Part shown: positions 10,225 through 20,227 of the stretch, piece by piece
Position numbering within the stretch: position 1 is the stretch's first letter
How the letters are laid out: every line of letters starts with the position of its first letter
From: a bacterium
Lineage (GTDB): Bacteria; Chloroflexota; Anaerolineae; Epilineales; Epilineaceae
DNA: 60,942 bases
Reading direction: 5' to 3'
Assembly (NCBI GenBank): GCA_003576755.1
Contig: QEVT01000003.1
Span: forward strand, 1-60,942
The notes under the pieces: generated by a model
What the model was told of the DNA's origin: nothing
The model's database searches: none
Seen by the model: the letters and a program-made list of their open reading frames with translations, nothing else
Position numbers and translations under genes: made by a program

Positions 10225-11355
10225 ATGCGCATCCTGCACGTCTACAAGGATTATCCACCGGTGATCGGCGGCATCGAGCACCACGTGCGCGACCTGGCCG
10301 AGGCCCAGGCGGCCGGCGGACACGACGTCAGCGTGCTGTGCACGCGCCCGGGCCATGGGCCGACCATCGAGGCCGTCGAGCACGGCGTGCGGGTGGTCCG
10401 GGCCCATCGGCTGGCCACCATCGCGTCGACGCCGCTGAGCCTGGACCTCGTACGGCGCCTCCGCACCGCCGCACCCGACATCACCCATCTGCAGAGCCCG
10501 TACCCCATGGGCGAGCTGGCGTGGCTGGCGGCCGGCCGGCGGCCGCTGGTGGTGTCGTATCAGAGCGACATCGTGCGCCAGCGGCTGCTCGGCGCATTGT
10601 GGGCGCCGGGCCTGCGCCTCGTGCTCGCCCGCGCGGACCGCGTGATCGCGTCCAGCCCGCCTTATGTCGCCTCGTCGCCGTTTTTGCGGCGTGTCCGAGG
10701 GAAGGTCGCCGTCGTGCCCATCGGGATCGACGTCGCGCGGTTCGCGCAAGGCGATCGGGCCGCGGGCCGGGCGCGCTTCGGCGAGCGGCCGACGGTGGTC
10801 TTCGTCGGGCGGCTGCGGTATTACAAGGGCCTCCCCGTCCTGCTGGAGTCGCTGCGCCTGCTGCCGGGCGTGCAGCTCGTGGTGGTCGGCACCGGTCCGG
10901 GGATGCGCGCGCTGGCCGAGCGGTCGCTCGACCTCGGTGTCGCCGATCGGGTGAAGTGGGTCGGCGACGCGACCGAGGAGGACCTGCTCGACGTGCTCGC
11001 GGCCGGCGACGTGTTCGTGCTGCCGAGCACGCATCGCAGCGAGGCTTACGGCATCGCCCTCGTCGAGGCGATGGCGGCCGGCCTGCCGGCCGTCACGACC
11101 GAGCTCGGCACCGGCACGTCGTGGATCAACCAGGACGGGCACACCGGTCGGGTGGTCGCACCCGGCGACGCGGCCGCCCTGGCCGCCGCGCTCCGCGAGA
11201 TCCTGGGCGACGACGCCCGACGGGCGGCGATGGCGGCTGCCGCCCGCGCTCGGGCACAGTCGGTGTTCAGCCGCGACGCCATGGTCGCCGCCGTGATGGA
11301 CGTGTACGCCGCGGCCGCCGCGGCGGCCGCCCGCCACGCGGGGGACGCCGCATGA
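10225..11355 (+). CDS. Glycosyltransferase family 4
   Basis: MRILHVYKDY-GGIE, FVGRLRYYKG, EAYGIALVEAMAAG (ExxxxxxxE). Confidence 0.92.
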   Translation: MRILHVYKDYPPVIGGIEHHVRDLAEAQAAGGHDVSVLCTRPGHGPTIEAVEHGVRVVRAHRLATIASTPLSLDLVRRLRTAAPDITHLQSPYPMGELAWLAAGRRPLVVSYQSDIVRQRLLGALWAPGLRLVLARADRVIASSPPYVASSPFLRRVRGKVAVVPIGIDVARFAQGDRAAGRARFGERPTVVFVGRLRYYKGLPVLLESLRLLPGVQLVVVGTGPGMRALAERSLDLGVADRVKWVGDATEEDLLDVLAAGDVFVLPSTHRSEAYGIALVEAMAAGLPAVTTELGTGTSWINQDGHTGRVVAPGDAAALAAALREILGDDARRAAMAAAARARAQSVFSRDAMVAAVMDVYAAAAAAAARHAGDAA

Positions 11356-12323
11356 ACGTCGTGGTCACGGGCGGGGCCGGCTTCATCGGGTCGCACCTGG
11401 TGGACCGTCTTCTGGCCGACGGGCATGCGGTGACCGTGCTCGACAACCTCAGCACGGGGCGCGCGGCGAACCTCGCCGCTCACCTCGGCCACCCTCGCCT
11501 GCGGTTCCTGCGCGGCAGCATCCTCGATGCGACGCTGGTCGACGCCGTCATGTCCGGTACCGACGTGGTGTATCACCTCGCAGCCGCGGTGGGCGTCGGG
11601 CACGTCGTCAAGGACCCCCTGTGGACGGCGGTGACCAACGCGCACGGCACCGAGATCGTCCTCGAGCATGCGCGCGCGCGGGGGGCACGGGTCGTGTTTG
11701 CCAGCACGTCCGAGATCTACGGGACGAGCGACGCGCTGCCGTACCGCGAGGACGGACCGCGCGTCCTCGGGCCGACGTGGATTCACCGCTGGAGCTACAG
11801 CACGGCCAAGGCGCTCGGCGAGCACCTGTGCTTCGCCCACGCCGAGCGCGGGCTGGCCGTCAGCATCGTTCGCTACTTCAACACCTATGGCCCGCGCATG
11901 GACCCGGCCGGCTACGGCAGCGTCGTCGCGCGGTTCGTCAGCCAGGCGCTCGACGGAGCGCCGTTGACCGTCCACGGCGACGGCGCGCAGGCCCGGTGCT
12001 TCACGTTCGTCTCGGAGACCGTCGACGCGACCGTCCGCGCCGGTACCCTGGACGCGGCGATCGGGCAGGTCTTCAACGTCGGCAGCCCTTTCCACTCCAC
12101 GATCGGCGACCTCGCCCGCCTGATCATCGAGCTGACCGGGTCGGGCTCGACCGTGACCCACATCGATCATGCCGCCGTGTACGGCGAGGGCTTCGCCGAC
12201 ACACGCACCCGCGTCCCGGACGTGTCGAAGATCGCGGCGCGGCTGGGCTGGCAACCGACGATCCCGCTGCGCGAGGGGCTTGCCCGCGTGATCGCAGAAC
12301 GCCGCGCATCGGAGGCACGATGA
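11352..12323 (+). CDS. NAD-dependent epimerase/dehydratase (extended SDR)
   Basis: TGGAGFIG, ASTSEIYG, YSTAK. Confidence 0.92.
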   Translation: MNVVVTGGAGFIGSHLVDRLLADGHAVTVLDNLSTGRAANLAAHLGHPRLRFLRGSILDATLVDAVMSGTDVVYHLAAAVGVGHVVKDPLWTAVTNAHGTEIVLEHARARGARVVFASTSEIYGTSDALPYREDGPRVLGPTWIHRWSYSTAKALGEHLCFAHAERGLAVSIVRYFNTYGPRMDPAGYGSVVARFVSQALDGAPLTVHGDGAQARCFTFVSETVDATVRAGTLDAAIGQVFNVGSPFHSTIGDLARLIIELTGSGSTVTHIDHAAVYGEGFADTRTRVPDVSKIAARLGWQPTIPLREGLARVIAERRASEAR

Positions 12324-13249
12324 GGACGTTGATCACCGGCGGCGCGGGCTTTCTCGGCGTCGCGCTTGCCAACCGCCTCGCCGCCGAAGGGCACGCGGTC
12401 TACGTGCTCGATGACCTGACGGCCGGCGACCGCGACCGGCTGGACCCGCGCGTGCTGTTCACCCGCGGCGACGTACGCGACGTTCCTCGGCTATGGTCGC
12501 TGTTGGCGGGCGTCCAGGTCGTCTACCACCTGGCCGCCCGTGTGAGCGTGCCGGAGTCCATCCTCTACCCCGTGGACTACAACGCCGTCAACACCGGCGG
12601 GACCGTCAGCGTGATGAGCGCCGCGCGCGACGCCGGCGTCCGCCGCGTCGTGTTCACATCGTCGGGCACCATCTACGGCGAGCAGACGACCCAGCCCATC
12701 GTCGAGGGCGCCCAGCCGCGCCCGTCCAACCCGTATGCGGTCAGCAAGCTCGCCGCCGAGCACTACGTGCGGGCCATCGGCGACCTCTACCGGATCGAGA
12801 CGGTCATCCTGCGCATCTTCAACGCCTATGGGCCCGGCCAGGCGGTGCCGCCCGCCCACCCGCCGGTGATCCCACACTTCGTCCGACAGATCACGGCGGG
12901 TGGGAGCGTGGTGCTGCACGGCAACCCGCCCGGCGGCCAGACCCGGGACTTCGTCCACGTCGACGACGTCGTCGAAGCGCTTTGCCGTGCCGGGGCGACC
13001 GGTGGTGTGACGGGCGCCACGCTCAACATCGGCAGCGGCGTCGAGACCTCGCTGGCCGACCTCATCGCCGCCATCGAGCGGGCCACGGGCCGGGAGGCAC
13101 AGGTCCTGGCCTCGCCCGAGCAGAGCGGGGGTGTGGCCCGCATGTGCGCCGACATCCGCGCCGCGCGCACGGCGCTGGACTGGTCGCCGTCCGTCGCGCT
13201 CGCCGACGGGCTCGCCGGGTTGGCCGCGCTTGCCCGGGGCGGCCGCTGA
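12320..13249 (+). CDS. NAD-dependent epimerase/dehydratase (GalE/WbpP-like)
   Basis: TGGAGFLG, SSGTIYG, YAVSK, TRDFVHV. Confidence 0.92.
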   Translation: MRTLITGGAGFLGVALANRLAAEGHAVYVLDDLTAGDRDRLDPRVLFTRGDVRDVPRLWSLLAGVQVVYHLAARVSVPESILYPVDYNAVNTGGTVSVMSAARDAGVRRVVFTSSGTIYGEQTTQPIVEGAQPRPSNPYAVSKLAAEHYVRAIGDLYRIETVILRIFNAYGPGQAVPPAHPPVIPHFVRQITAGGSVVLHGNPPGGQTRDFVHVDDVVEALCRAGATGGVTGATLNIGSGVETSLADLIAAIERATGREAQVLASPEQSGGVARMCADIRAARTALDWSPSVALADGLAGLAALARGGR

Positions 13250-13488
13250 AGCCGCCCGGGCACGGCTGACACCTGGACGCGCAGGGCCAGCGCGCTTTGG
13301 CCCGGCATCGAGCGGCAACGGGCGATTGCCCCTGGGGCCGCGGGCTTTCAGCCGGCCAGGGCGCGGCAGGTGGCAGGTCTGCGACCCCCGGTCGGTCCTG
13401 GAGCGCGCGCGCCTTGTCTGGATTTGGCGTTCGGGGCCGGGAGTCGGTATTATTTTCGTTCGGCACTTTCATCGGCAGGAGCATCTTC

Positions 13489-13797
13489 ATGTACGCGATC
13501 GTACAAAGTGGCGGCCACCAGTACCGGGTGACCGAGGGGCAGACGATCCGCGTCCAGCGGCTGGAAGCGGCCGCGGGCGACAAGGTCACGCTGGATCAGG
13601 TGTTGATGGTCGGCGGCGCCGCCACCCGCGTCGGCACCCCGCTGCTGGAGGGGGCGAGCGTGCATGCCACGGTGGTGGGCGACGTCAAGGGCGACAAGCT
13701 GACGGTCTTCAAGTACAAGCGCAAGAACCGCTACCGGATCAAGACTGGCCATCGCCAGCAGTACACCGAGCTCAAGATCGACGCGATCAAGGGTTGA
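13489..13797 (+). CDS. rplU: 50S ribosomal protein L21
   Basis: [14 protein letters not shown]...GHRQQYT; AGGAG SD. Confidence 0.97.
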   Translation: MYAIVQSGGHQYRVTEGQTIRVQRLEAAAGDKVTLDQVLMVGGAATRVGTPLLEGASVHATVVGDVKGDKLTVFKYKRKNRYRIKTGHRQQYTELKIDAIKG

Positions 13798-13810
13798 CAG
13801 GAGTCCAGTC

Positions 13811-14080
13811 ATGGCACACAAAAAGGGCGGCGGAAGCACCAAGAACATGCGCGACTCGGGCCCGCAGTACCGCGGGGTCAAGCGCTTCGACGGCGAGTTC
13901 GTCCAGTCCGGCAACATCCTCGTTCGCCAGTGCGGCACCAAGATCCACCCCGGCCACAACGTCGGCCTGGGGCGCGACTTCACGATCTTCGCGACGATGG
14001 ATGGTTACGTCAAGTTCGAGCCGCGCCCCGGTGGCAAGAAGCGGGTCAGCGTCTACGACACGCATCCCAACCGAAGCTGA
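13811..14080 (+). CDS. rpmA: 50S ribosomal protein L27
   Basis: [16 protein letters not shown]...GNILVRQ. Confidence 0.97.
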   Translation: MAHKKGGGSTKNMRDSGPQYRGVKRFDGEFVQSGNILVRQCGTKIHPGHNVGLGRDFTIFATMDGYVKFEPRPGGKKRVSVYDTHPNRS

Positions 14081-14165
14081 TCGCCGACGATCGGCGATCC
14101 TACCCGCAAGACGCGTCGCGGAACGCGGCCTCGACAGGCCGACGACCGGACGTGCGAGGGAGACG

Positions 14166-14591
14166 ATGAAGACCAACATCCACCCGAAGTGGTATCCTCA
14201 GGCGAAGGTCGTCTGCAGTTGCGGCAACACCTTCACCGTCGGTGCGACGCTGCCGGAGATCCACACCGAGATCTGCGGCAACTGCCATCCGTTCTTCACC
14301 GGCGAGCAGCGCATCGTCGACACCGCCGGCCAGGTCGAGCGCTTCATGCGCCGGCTCGAGGTCGGGGCCACGCAACGCGAAACCGTCGTCCAGTCGGCCG
14401 AGGCGCGCCGCCAGGCCGAGATCGAGGCCCGGCGCAAGCGGCGCGGGCTGACGCCGCTGTCGAGCCGACAGCCTGCGGCGCCTCCCGCGAATGCCGAAGA
14501 CCAGGCCGAGGCACCGTCGGCGGAGGCCGCCGAGGCGAAGCCGAAGGCTCCGCGGCGCGCCAAGCCCGCCAAGCCCGCCGGAGAAGGCTGA
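14166..14591 (+). CDS. rpmE: 50S ribosomal protein L31 (Zn-binding type) with long C-terminal extension
   Basis: MKTNIHP, CSCG, CGNCHPFFTG, DTAGQVERF. Confidence 0.95.
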   Translation: MKTNIHPKWYPQAKVVCSCGNTFTVGATLPEIHTEICGNCHPFFTGEQRIVDTAGQVERFMRRLEVGATQRETVVQSAEARRQAEIEARRKRRGLTPLSSRQPAAPPANAEDQAEAPSAEAAEAKPKAPRRAKPAKPAGEG

Positions 14592-14626
14592 GCCCGGCGG
14601 CCGTCAACCCGTGCGAAGGCATGACG

Positions 14627-14661
14627 ACGAGGGCACGGAGCCGCTTGCTCCGTGCCCTCGT
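14627..14661. terminator. Strong hairpin after rpmE (likely terminator)
   Basis: Perfect 15-bp stem ACGAGGGCACGGAGC / GCTCCGTGCCCTCGT with 5-nt loop; weak U tract. Confidence 0.6.
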
Positions 14662-14702
14662 TCGTCACGCGGATCGTTCGCCGTGTGTGCATACCGGAGG
14701 CA

Positions 14703-15491
14703 ATGCCCTTGGAACTCGGACCCGCGAACGTCGCCGATGCCTCGACACCCCCTCCGACGGGGACCGATCCTCGCCAGACGCACGCCGAGACGTGGTTCGA
14801 GACGGTGCTCGACCACGGCTTCGTCGAGCTGATCGACGTCATCGGCGACGACCGTCGCTGCGTGGCCGCGGCCCGCGTGTCGCTGCGGCGCGAACAGCTC
14901 AGCCTTGCGGACCATGGCGCGGAGCAGGTCGAGCGCGACAAGGGACTGCTCGCACGGCTGGTGCGCGACCGCCACACCTCGCCGTTCGAGCACGCGGTCT
15001 TCCAGTTCCGCGTCCGGGCGCCGATCTTCGTCGTGCGCCAGTGGTTCCGCCACCGCTTCGCCTCGTACAACGAGGAGAGCGCCCGCTACACCAAGCTCGA
15101 GGACGAGTTCCACCTGCCCGCTCACTTGCGCATCCGGGTGGGCAAGGCGATGGACTACCGCTACGAGGCCATGCCCGAGCCCGAGAACGCGGCGCTGCTG
15201 GCTGCCATCCAGGCCGTGTACGACGACGCCCGGCAGCTGTACGAGCGGCTGCTCGAACGCGGCGTCGCGCGTGAGCACGCCCGGTTGGTGCTCCCGGTCG
15301 CCCAGTTCACGACGTTCTTCTGGACAGTCAACGCCCTGAGCCTGATGAACTTCCTCAACCTGCGCAACGCGCCGCATGCCCAGGCGGAGATCCAGGCCTA
15401 CGCCGAAGTCATCGAGGCGATGTTCCGCGACCGCATGCCGTGGACCCACGCGGCCTTCCGGGCCCATTGGGGGCCGGGAAGCATCGGCTAG
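14703..15491 (+). CDS. thyX: FAD-dependent thymidylate synthase
   Basis: HTSPFEH, RQWFRHRFASYNEESARY (RHRx7S), AREHARLVLP, HAQAEI. Confidence 0.95.
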   Translation: MPLELGPANVADASTPPPTGTDPRQTHAETWFETVLDHGFVELIDVIGDDRRCVAAARVSLRREQLSLADHGAEQVERDKGLLARLVRDRHTSPFEHAVFQFRVRAPIFVVRQWFRHRFASYNEESARYTKLEDEFHLPAHLRIRVGKAMDYRYEAMPEPENAALLAAIQAVYDDARQLYERLLERGVAREHARLVLPVAQFTTFFWTVNALSLMNFLNLRNAPHAQAEIQAYAEVIEAMFRDRMPWTHAAFRAHWGPGSIG

Positions 15492-15503
15492 AGGAGGCAG
15501 ACG

Positions 15504-16073
15504 ATGGTCTTGAGCGATCGGGAGATCGCCGAACGCGCGCGGTCGATGGGCATGATCGAGCCGTTCGTCGACCAGCAGGTGAGCGAAGGGGTGGTCTCGT
15601 ACGGCCTGTCGAGCTACGGCTACGACTTTCGGGTGGCCAACGAGTTCAAGATCTTCAGCAACGTCAACTACACGGCGGTGGACCCGAAGGAATTCGACGC
15701 CAACGCGTTCGTCGACGTCGTGACCGACGGCTGCTGCATCGTCCCCCCCAACTCGTTCGCGCTGGCGCGGACGGTCGAGTACTTCCGGATCCCGCGCGAC
15801 ATCATCACGGTGTGCCTCGGCAAGTCGACGTACGCCCGCTGCGGGATCATCCTGAACGTCACGCCGTTCGAACCGGGTTGGGAAGGCCACGCGACGCTGG
15901 AAATCTCCAACACCACCCCGCTCCCGGCCAAGATCTACGCCAACGAGGGCATCGGGCAGGTCCTCTTCCTGCGCGGGTCGCAGGAATGCCTCGTCTCGTA
16001 CAAGGACCGCAAGGGCAAGTACGACAAGCAGTTCGGCATCGTCACCCCGCGCATCGTGAGGCCCGGGGGCTGA
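15504..16073 (+). CDS. dcd: dCTP deaminase
   Basis: [37 protein letters not shown]. Confidence 0.95.
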   Translation: MVLSDREIAERARSMGMIEPFVDQQVSEGVVSYGLSSYGYDFRVANEFKIFSNVNYTAVDPKEFDANAFVDVVTDGCCIVPPNSFALARTVEYFRIPRDIITVCLGKSTYARCGIILNVTPFEPGWEGHATLEISNTTPLPAKIYANEGIGQVLFLRGSQECLVSYKDRKGKYDKQFGIVTPRIVRPGG

Positions 16074-16154
16074 TGGGTCTCCGCAGGGAGACATGAGGTT
16101 GCGGCAGCTGCGCGCCCGTTCGCCCCACGTGCAGCCAGCCGCGAGGCACGACGG

Positions 16155-16967
16155 ATGAACGGGCTCCTCGCCATCGACGTCGGCAACACCCACACGTCGC
16201 TCGCCCTCTGGCCGGCCGGAGCGTCGGGCAGGGCGGACCCCGCTCCGCCGTCCTCGCCGCACCACTGGCAGGTGGCCAGCGCGCCGTCGCGCACCGTCGA
16301 CGAGCTCCGACTGCTCGTGACCCAGCTCCTCGCGTCGTGCGGCCTTGCGCCGGGCGACGTCGGCGCCTGCGTCATCGGCTGCGTGGTGCCCGAGCTGCAC
16401 GGCACGGTCGTTGCGGCATGCCGGCAGCTGTTCGGGGTTGCACCGCTCGTCGTCGGCCCCGGCGTGCGCAGCGGCTTGCGGATCCGGGCCGAGTCGCCCA
16501 GGGAGGTCGGCGCCGACCGGATCGCCAACGCGGTCGCCGCCGTCGCCCGCTTCGGGAGCCCGGTCATCGTGCTGGACTTCAGCACGGCGGTCACGCTCGA
16601 CGTGATCGGCAACGACGGCGAGTACCTCGGCGCCATCATCGCGCCCGGCATCGACATCGCGGCCGCGGCGCTCGCGCGCCGCACCGCGCGGCTGCACCGC
16701 TTCGACATCGCCCCGCCGGCGAAGGCCATCGCCAGCGACACCGAGTCCGCCGTCCGATCCGGGCTGTTCTTCGGGCATGTCGGGCTCATCGAGGGCTTGG
16801 TCGCGCGCCTGCAGGCCGACGTCGGCCCGGCGGCCGTCGTCGCCACCGGCGAAGCCGTGTGGCTGCCCGCGGTGCTGGCGCACACCCACGTGATCGACGC
16901 CTACGAACCGCTCCTTACCCTCGACGGTCTCCGACGCATCCACGCGCGCCACACCGCCGGGACCTGA
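16155..16967 (+). CDS. coaX: Type III pantothenate kinase, second paralogue
   Basis: AIDVGNT, VGADRIAN, LDFSTAVT, GAIIAPG, LTLDGL. Confidence 0.88.
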   Translation: MNGLLAIDVGNTHTSLALWPAGASGRADPAPPSSPHHWQVASAPSRTVDELRLLVTQLLASCGLAPGDVGACVIGCVVPELHGTVVAACRQLFGVAPLVVGPGVRSGLRIRAESPREVGADRIANAVAAVARFGSPVIVLDFSTAVTLDVIGNDGEYLGAIIAPGIDIAAAALARRTARLHRFDIAPPAKAIASDTESAVRSGLFFGHVGLIEGLVARLQADVGPAAVVATGEAVWLPAVLAHTHVIDAYEPLLTLDGLRRIHARHTAGT

Positions 16968-17099
16968 CGGCACGCGGCGGCCCACCGTCGGCGGCGACCC
17001 GGTTCCGCCATCGAACGTTCGCTCCGGCCGCAGCGTTATACGACCCAGGGCGCCGACGTCCCGCGGCACCCCGATCCGCACACCCGCACCGGCAAGGAG

Positions 17100-19118
17100 A
17101 TGGCGATGGGAACGAATCACAAGCTGGCCGTGCTCGGCGCCATGGTCACGGCGGCGTGCCTCGGCATGTGGCAGGGTGCCGGCCCGGCGGCGGCGCAGCG
17201 CGCGACGCCCATGCCCACCCCCGACCCGCAGACGCTCCTTCGCCGGTACGGCACGCGCTTCAGCCTGCCGATGGTCGATGCGCCCGGCGGTGGTTCGGCG
17301 ACGGTGGCGCTCGATGTCGCCAGCAGCGGCTGGCGGACGACCGACGTCCTGGTGGTCGAGCTCGACGCCACGCGCGCCGCGGGCTGCGACACGCCGTTCG
17401 ACGCCGCGCGGATCAAACGCGTCACGTGTGTCCGGGGGATCGGGCGCCTGCATGCGGCGACCGTGCCGCTCGCCGGCGCCGCCGAGAGCGCCATCGTCTA
17501 CAGCCTCGATCCGGCGAAGGTGGCCGACGCCTGCGCGACGTTCGACGCCGTGCGGACCGGCCGTCAGACGATGGCCGCCTGGGAGCAGCAGGTGTGGATG
17601 CAAGGCCACGGAGAACCCATCGCCGTCAAGGTCGCGGCCCAGACCGCGGACGCCATGACCGCGCTCTCGGGTCAGACGTCGCTCGCCACCGGGCGGCCCG
17701 GCGCGATGCGCGATGCCGGGCGCGTCATCCGATCGCTGCCGGTGCTCTGGGCCGGCGGGGCGGGCGGTCGCGCGCGTCTGCTCAACCCGTCGGCGCAGTG
17801 CCTTGCGGCCAATGCCGCCGTGGGCGGGAGCGGCCCGGACGGCGGGTGTGGGCCGCGCGCCGACCACCGTCTGGCCGTCCCCCCGCACGGCGCCGTCAGC
17901 GTTCCGGCGCCGGCCGCCGCCGTGGCGGTGGGCAGCCTGACCCTCGGCGCCGCCGCGCAGCAGCCGTCGGGCAACGTGCAGGACGCGGCGGCGGCGGCCG
18001 ACGTTCTCGATGCCCGCGGCTGGATGAGCATCAACGACGCGAGCATGACGGCGGCCAGCCAGTATGGGCCCGCGTTCCCGATCGCCGTCGCGCCCTTCCC
18101 CGGCCTGACCAGCGAGCTGTGGGTGACCAACAACCATGTCACCGCGACCGTCAACGTGGCGCTGGTGATGTTCAGCGGCAACCTCGCGGTGCATGCCACG
18201 CACAACGACCCCGTGCCGCTGTGCCCGGGTGGCACGCGCCGCTACGACGTCCAGGCCATCGCCGGCGAGATCCCGCCGACCCAGCCACGCGAGAACGGGC
18301 CGGTCGGCGCGCCGCTGCTGTCGCTGCGCATCGAGGCGACGAGCCCGCAGCTCCCGACCTTTCCGCCCGTCTCGGGCGTGATGGTCCTGCGCGGCGACCA
18401 CGGCGTCACCGCGTACACCGGGCTCGCGGCGCCGCCAGAGCTCCAGGCCCTGCGCGGCCGGCCGGGGGCCGGCGGGGTCGACGTCGCGCCGGTGACGGTG
18501 ATCCCGAACGTCAAGAAGCTCGCCGGCGACGCCCGGCTCTCGACGTACATCGGCGCGATGGTCCTCGGCAACCCCCAGGCCGAGAACGGCATCGCGGTGG
18601 ACTTCTATGACGCCGACGGCAAGCCCGTGGTGGTCGGGTTCCAGCGGGCGCTGGGCAATGGCCCCGCGGCGATGTTCGACCTGCGCGAGGTCGTCGCCCG
18701 TGGGCGCGACGGTACCGCCATGCGGCTGCCGGACGGGTTCGTCGGCACCGCCGTCGTCCGCGGCGGCCAGAACCGCGGCATGCTGGGCGTCGTGGCCATC
18801 GACCGCCCCGGTGACCCCGTCCGCCCCGACGCGCCACGCCCGCTGGCCGACGGCCCGGCGCAGGCACCGGCCACCGACCGGATGTCGAGCCACACCGGCG
18901 TGATCCTGCCCCAGTGGCCCGACCCGGACGTGCCAACCCCGACCCCGCTGCCGACGCGCGTGCCGAGCACGCCGACGCCGACCGGCCCGCCGCCAACCCA
19001 GGTGCCCACCGCCGTGGCCCCGAGCGCGACGCCCGAGGTGACGCCGACGGCCCAAGCGACGCCTGCCGCCGGCCGGTGGCGCGCTTGTCTGCCATGGCTG
19101 AACAACGGCTTGCCGTAA
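17100..19118 (+). CDS. Secreted beta-rich hypothetical protein with P/T linker and C-terminal LP tag
   Basis: AAGGAG SD, signal peptide (AAA-Q), PT-rich tail ending RWRACLPWLNNGLP. Confidence 0.75.
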   Translation: MAMGTNHKLAVLGAMVTAACLGMWQGAGPAAAQRATPMPTPDPQTLLRRYGTRFSLPMVDAPGGGSATVALDVASSGWRTTDVLVVELDATRAAGCDTPFDAARIKRVTCVRGIGRLHAATVPLAGAAESAIVYSLDPAKVADACATFDAVRTGRQTMAAWEQQVWMQGHGEPIAVKVAAQTADAMTALSGQTSLATGRPGAMRDAGRVIRSLPVLWAGGAGGRARLLNPSAQCLAANAAVGGSGPDGGCGPRADHRLAVPPHGAVSVPAPAAAVAVGSLTLGAAAQQPSGNVQDAAAAADVLDARGWMSINDASMTAASQYGPAFPIAVAPFPGLTSELWVTNNHVTATVNVALVMFSGNLAVHATHNDPVPLCPGGTRRYDVQAIAGEIPPTQPRENGPVGAPLLSLRIEATSPQLPTFPPVSGVMVLRGDHGVTAYTGLAAPPELQALRGRPGAGGVDVAPVTVIPNVKKLAGDARLSTYIGAMVLGNPQAENGIAVDFYDADGKPVVVGFQRALGNGPAAMFDLREVVARGRDGTAMRLPDGFVGTAVVRGGQNRGMLGVVAIDRPGDPVRPDAPRPLADGPAQAPATDRMSSHTGVILPQWPDPDVPTPTPLPTRVPSTPTPTGPPPTQVPTAVAPSATPEVTPTAQATPAAGRWRACLPWLNNGLP

Positions 19119-19234
19119 GGTCACCCACCGCAAGGCCCGGCGTGCGGCCGACGCCATCCGCTCGGCACCGGCCCCGCCGGCGGGTGGGCCGGGCCTTGGT
19201 CTGACGTCCACGGCGTGGCAGAATTGCCGGATCC

Positions 19235-19930
19235 ATGCAAGCGCCTCACGTCACCGCCTCGCGCCGGTCACTGCTGCGCCGCGCCGTCGCGTTCTTCGAC
19301 CCCGCCGAGCCCGGCTTCCTCCGGCGCATGGGGCGCCTCGCGCTGGCGGCTCTGGGGCTCGGCCTGTGCGGCCTGTGCGCTGCGACGGTGGCCTGGACGC
19401 AGACGGTCACCGGCCGCTACTGGACCGCGGTGGTGTGGATCGAGACCGAGCGCTACGATTGGGCGGTGTCGGTGGCCGAGGGGCTGGTGCGCGACGAGCC
19501 GCGGCGGAGCTACGCCTACTATCGCCTCCTGGCCACCGCGCTGCGGCGCAGCGGACGGCCCGAAGCGCAGCTCGCCGTCTACGACGAGGCCGTCGAGCAG
19601 TTCCCCGACCACTCGCTCGCGCACGGCCACCGCTGCTGGTACGGCACGCTGTTCGGCGACCCCCGGACCGTCATCGACAGCTGTGATCGCGCGATCGAGA
19701 TCGGCGAGGGGACCTCTGGCTCGGCCCATGCCCGCCGTGCCGTCGCCCGCGCCCTCACCGGCGACCGTCCGGGCGCCATCGCCGACCTCGAGGCGGCCCT
19801 GGCGATCTGGGACCGGCGCGACTTCCGCGGCCGCACCTACGACACCCGCGCCGCATGGCTCGAGGCCCTGCGCGACGGGCGAGACCCGTTCGACGACGCG
19901 ACGCTCGAGCAGCTGCGGCGGGAGTTCTGA
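19235..19930 (+). CDS. TPR-containing membrane/secreted protein
   Basis: Hydrophobic segment then helical TPR-like repeats (YDEAVEQFP, CDRAIE, AIADLEAAL). Confidence 0.7.
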   Translation: MQAPHVTASRRSLLRRAVAFFDPAEPGFLRRMGRLALAALGLGLCGLCAATVAWTQTVTGRYWTAVVWIETERYDWAVSVAEGLVRDEPRRSYAYYRLLATALRRSGRPEAQLAVYDEAVEQFPDHSLAHGHRCWYGTLFGDPRTVIDSCDRAIEIGEGTSGSAHARRAVARALTGDRPGAIADLEAALAIWDRRDFRGRTYDTRAAWLEALRDGRDPFDDATLEQLRREF

Positions 19931-20039
19931 AGGTCGGCGCGATCCGCAGCGCCGTCGCGCGCAAGTCGGGCCGTCGGCCGCGCGGCTTTGGGAATCATGC
20001 CTCGCATGGTAAAATTGTGTTTCGCCGCGTGGCGAACAC

Positions 20040-20130
20040 GGAGGGGTCGCATAGTCTGGTCGAGTGCGCGCGTCTCGAAAACGCGTAGGGGTTCTGCTCC
20101 TCGTGGGTTCAAATCCCACCCCCTCCGCCA
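20040..20130 (+). tRNA. tRNA-Ser(CGA)
   Basis: GGAGGGG/CCCCTCC acceptor stem, CGCGT-CT-CGA-AA-ACGCG anticodon arm, long variable arm, encoded CCA; TAAAAT -10 upstream. Confidence 0.95.
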
Positions 20131-20135
20131 CACGC

Positions 20136-20173
20136 GCAACAACGCCCGGAACCTCGGTTCCGGGCGTTGTTGC
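20136..20173. terminator. Bidirectional hairpin terminator between tRNA-Ser and convergent gene
   Basis: Perfect inverted repeat GCAACAACGCCCGGAACC / GGTTCCGGGCGTTGTTGC. Confidence 0.75.
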
Positions 20174-20227
20174 TTCGACGCGCCGCCGCGTCGGCCGGGC
20201 GGCTGGCGCCGCGGCCGCGTCGCTCGA

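Noticed and set aside
13250-13488. Possible L21 leader RNA upstream of rplU
   Set aside because: No recognisable conserved structure by eye
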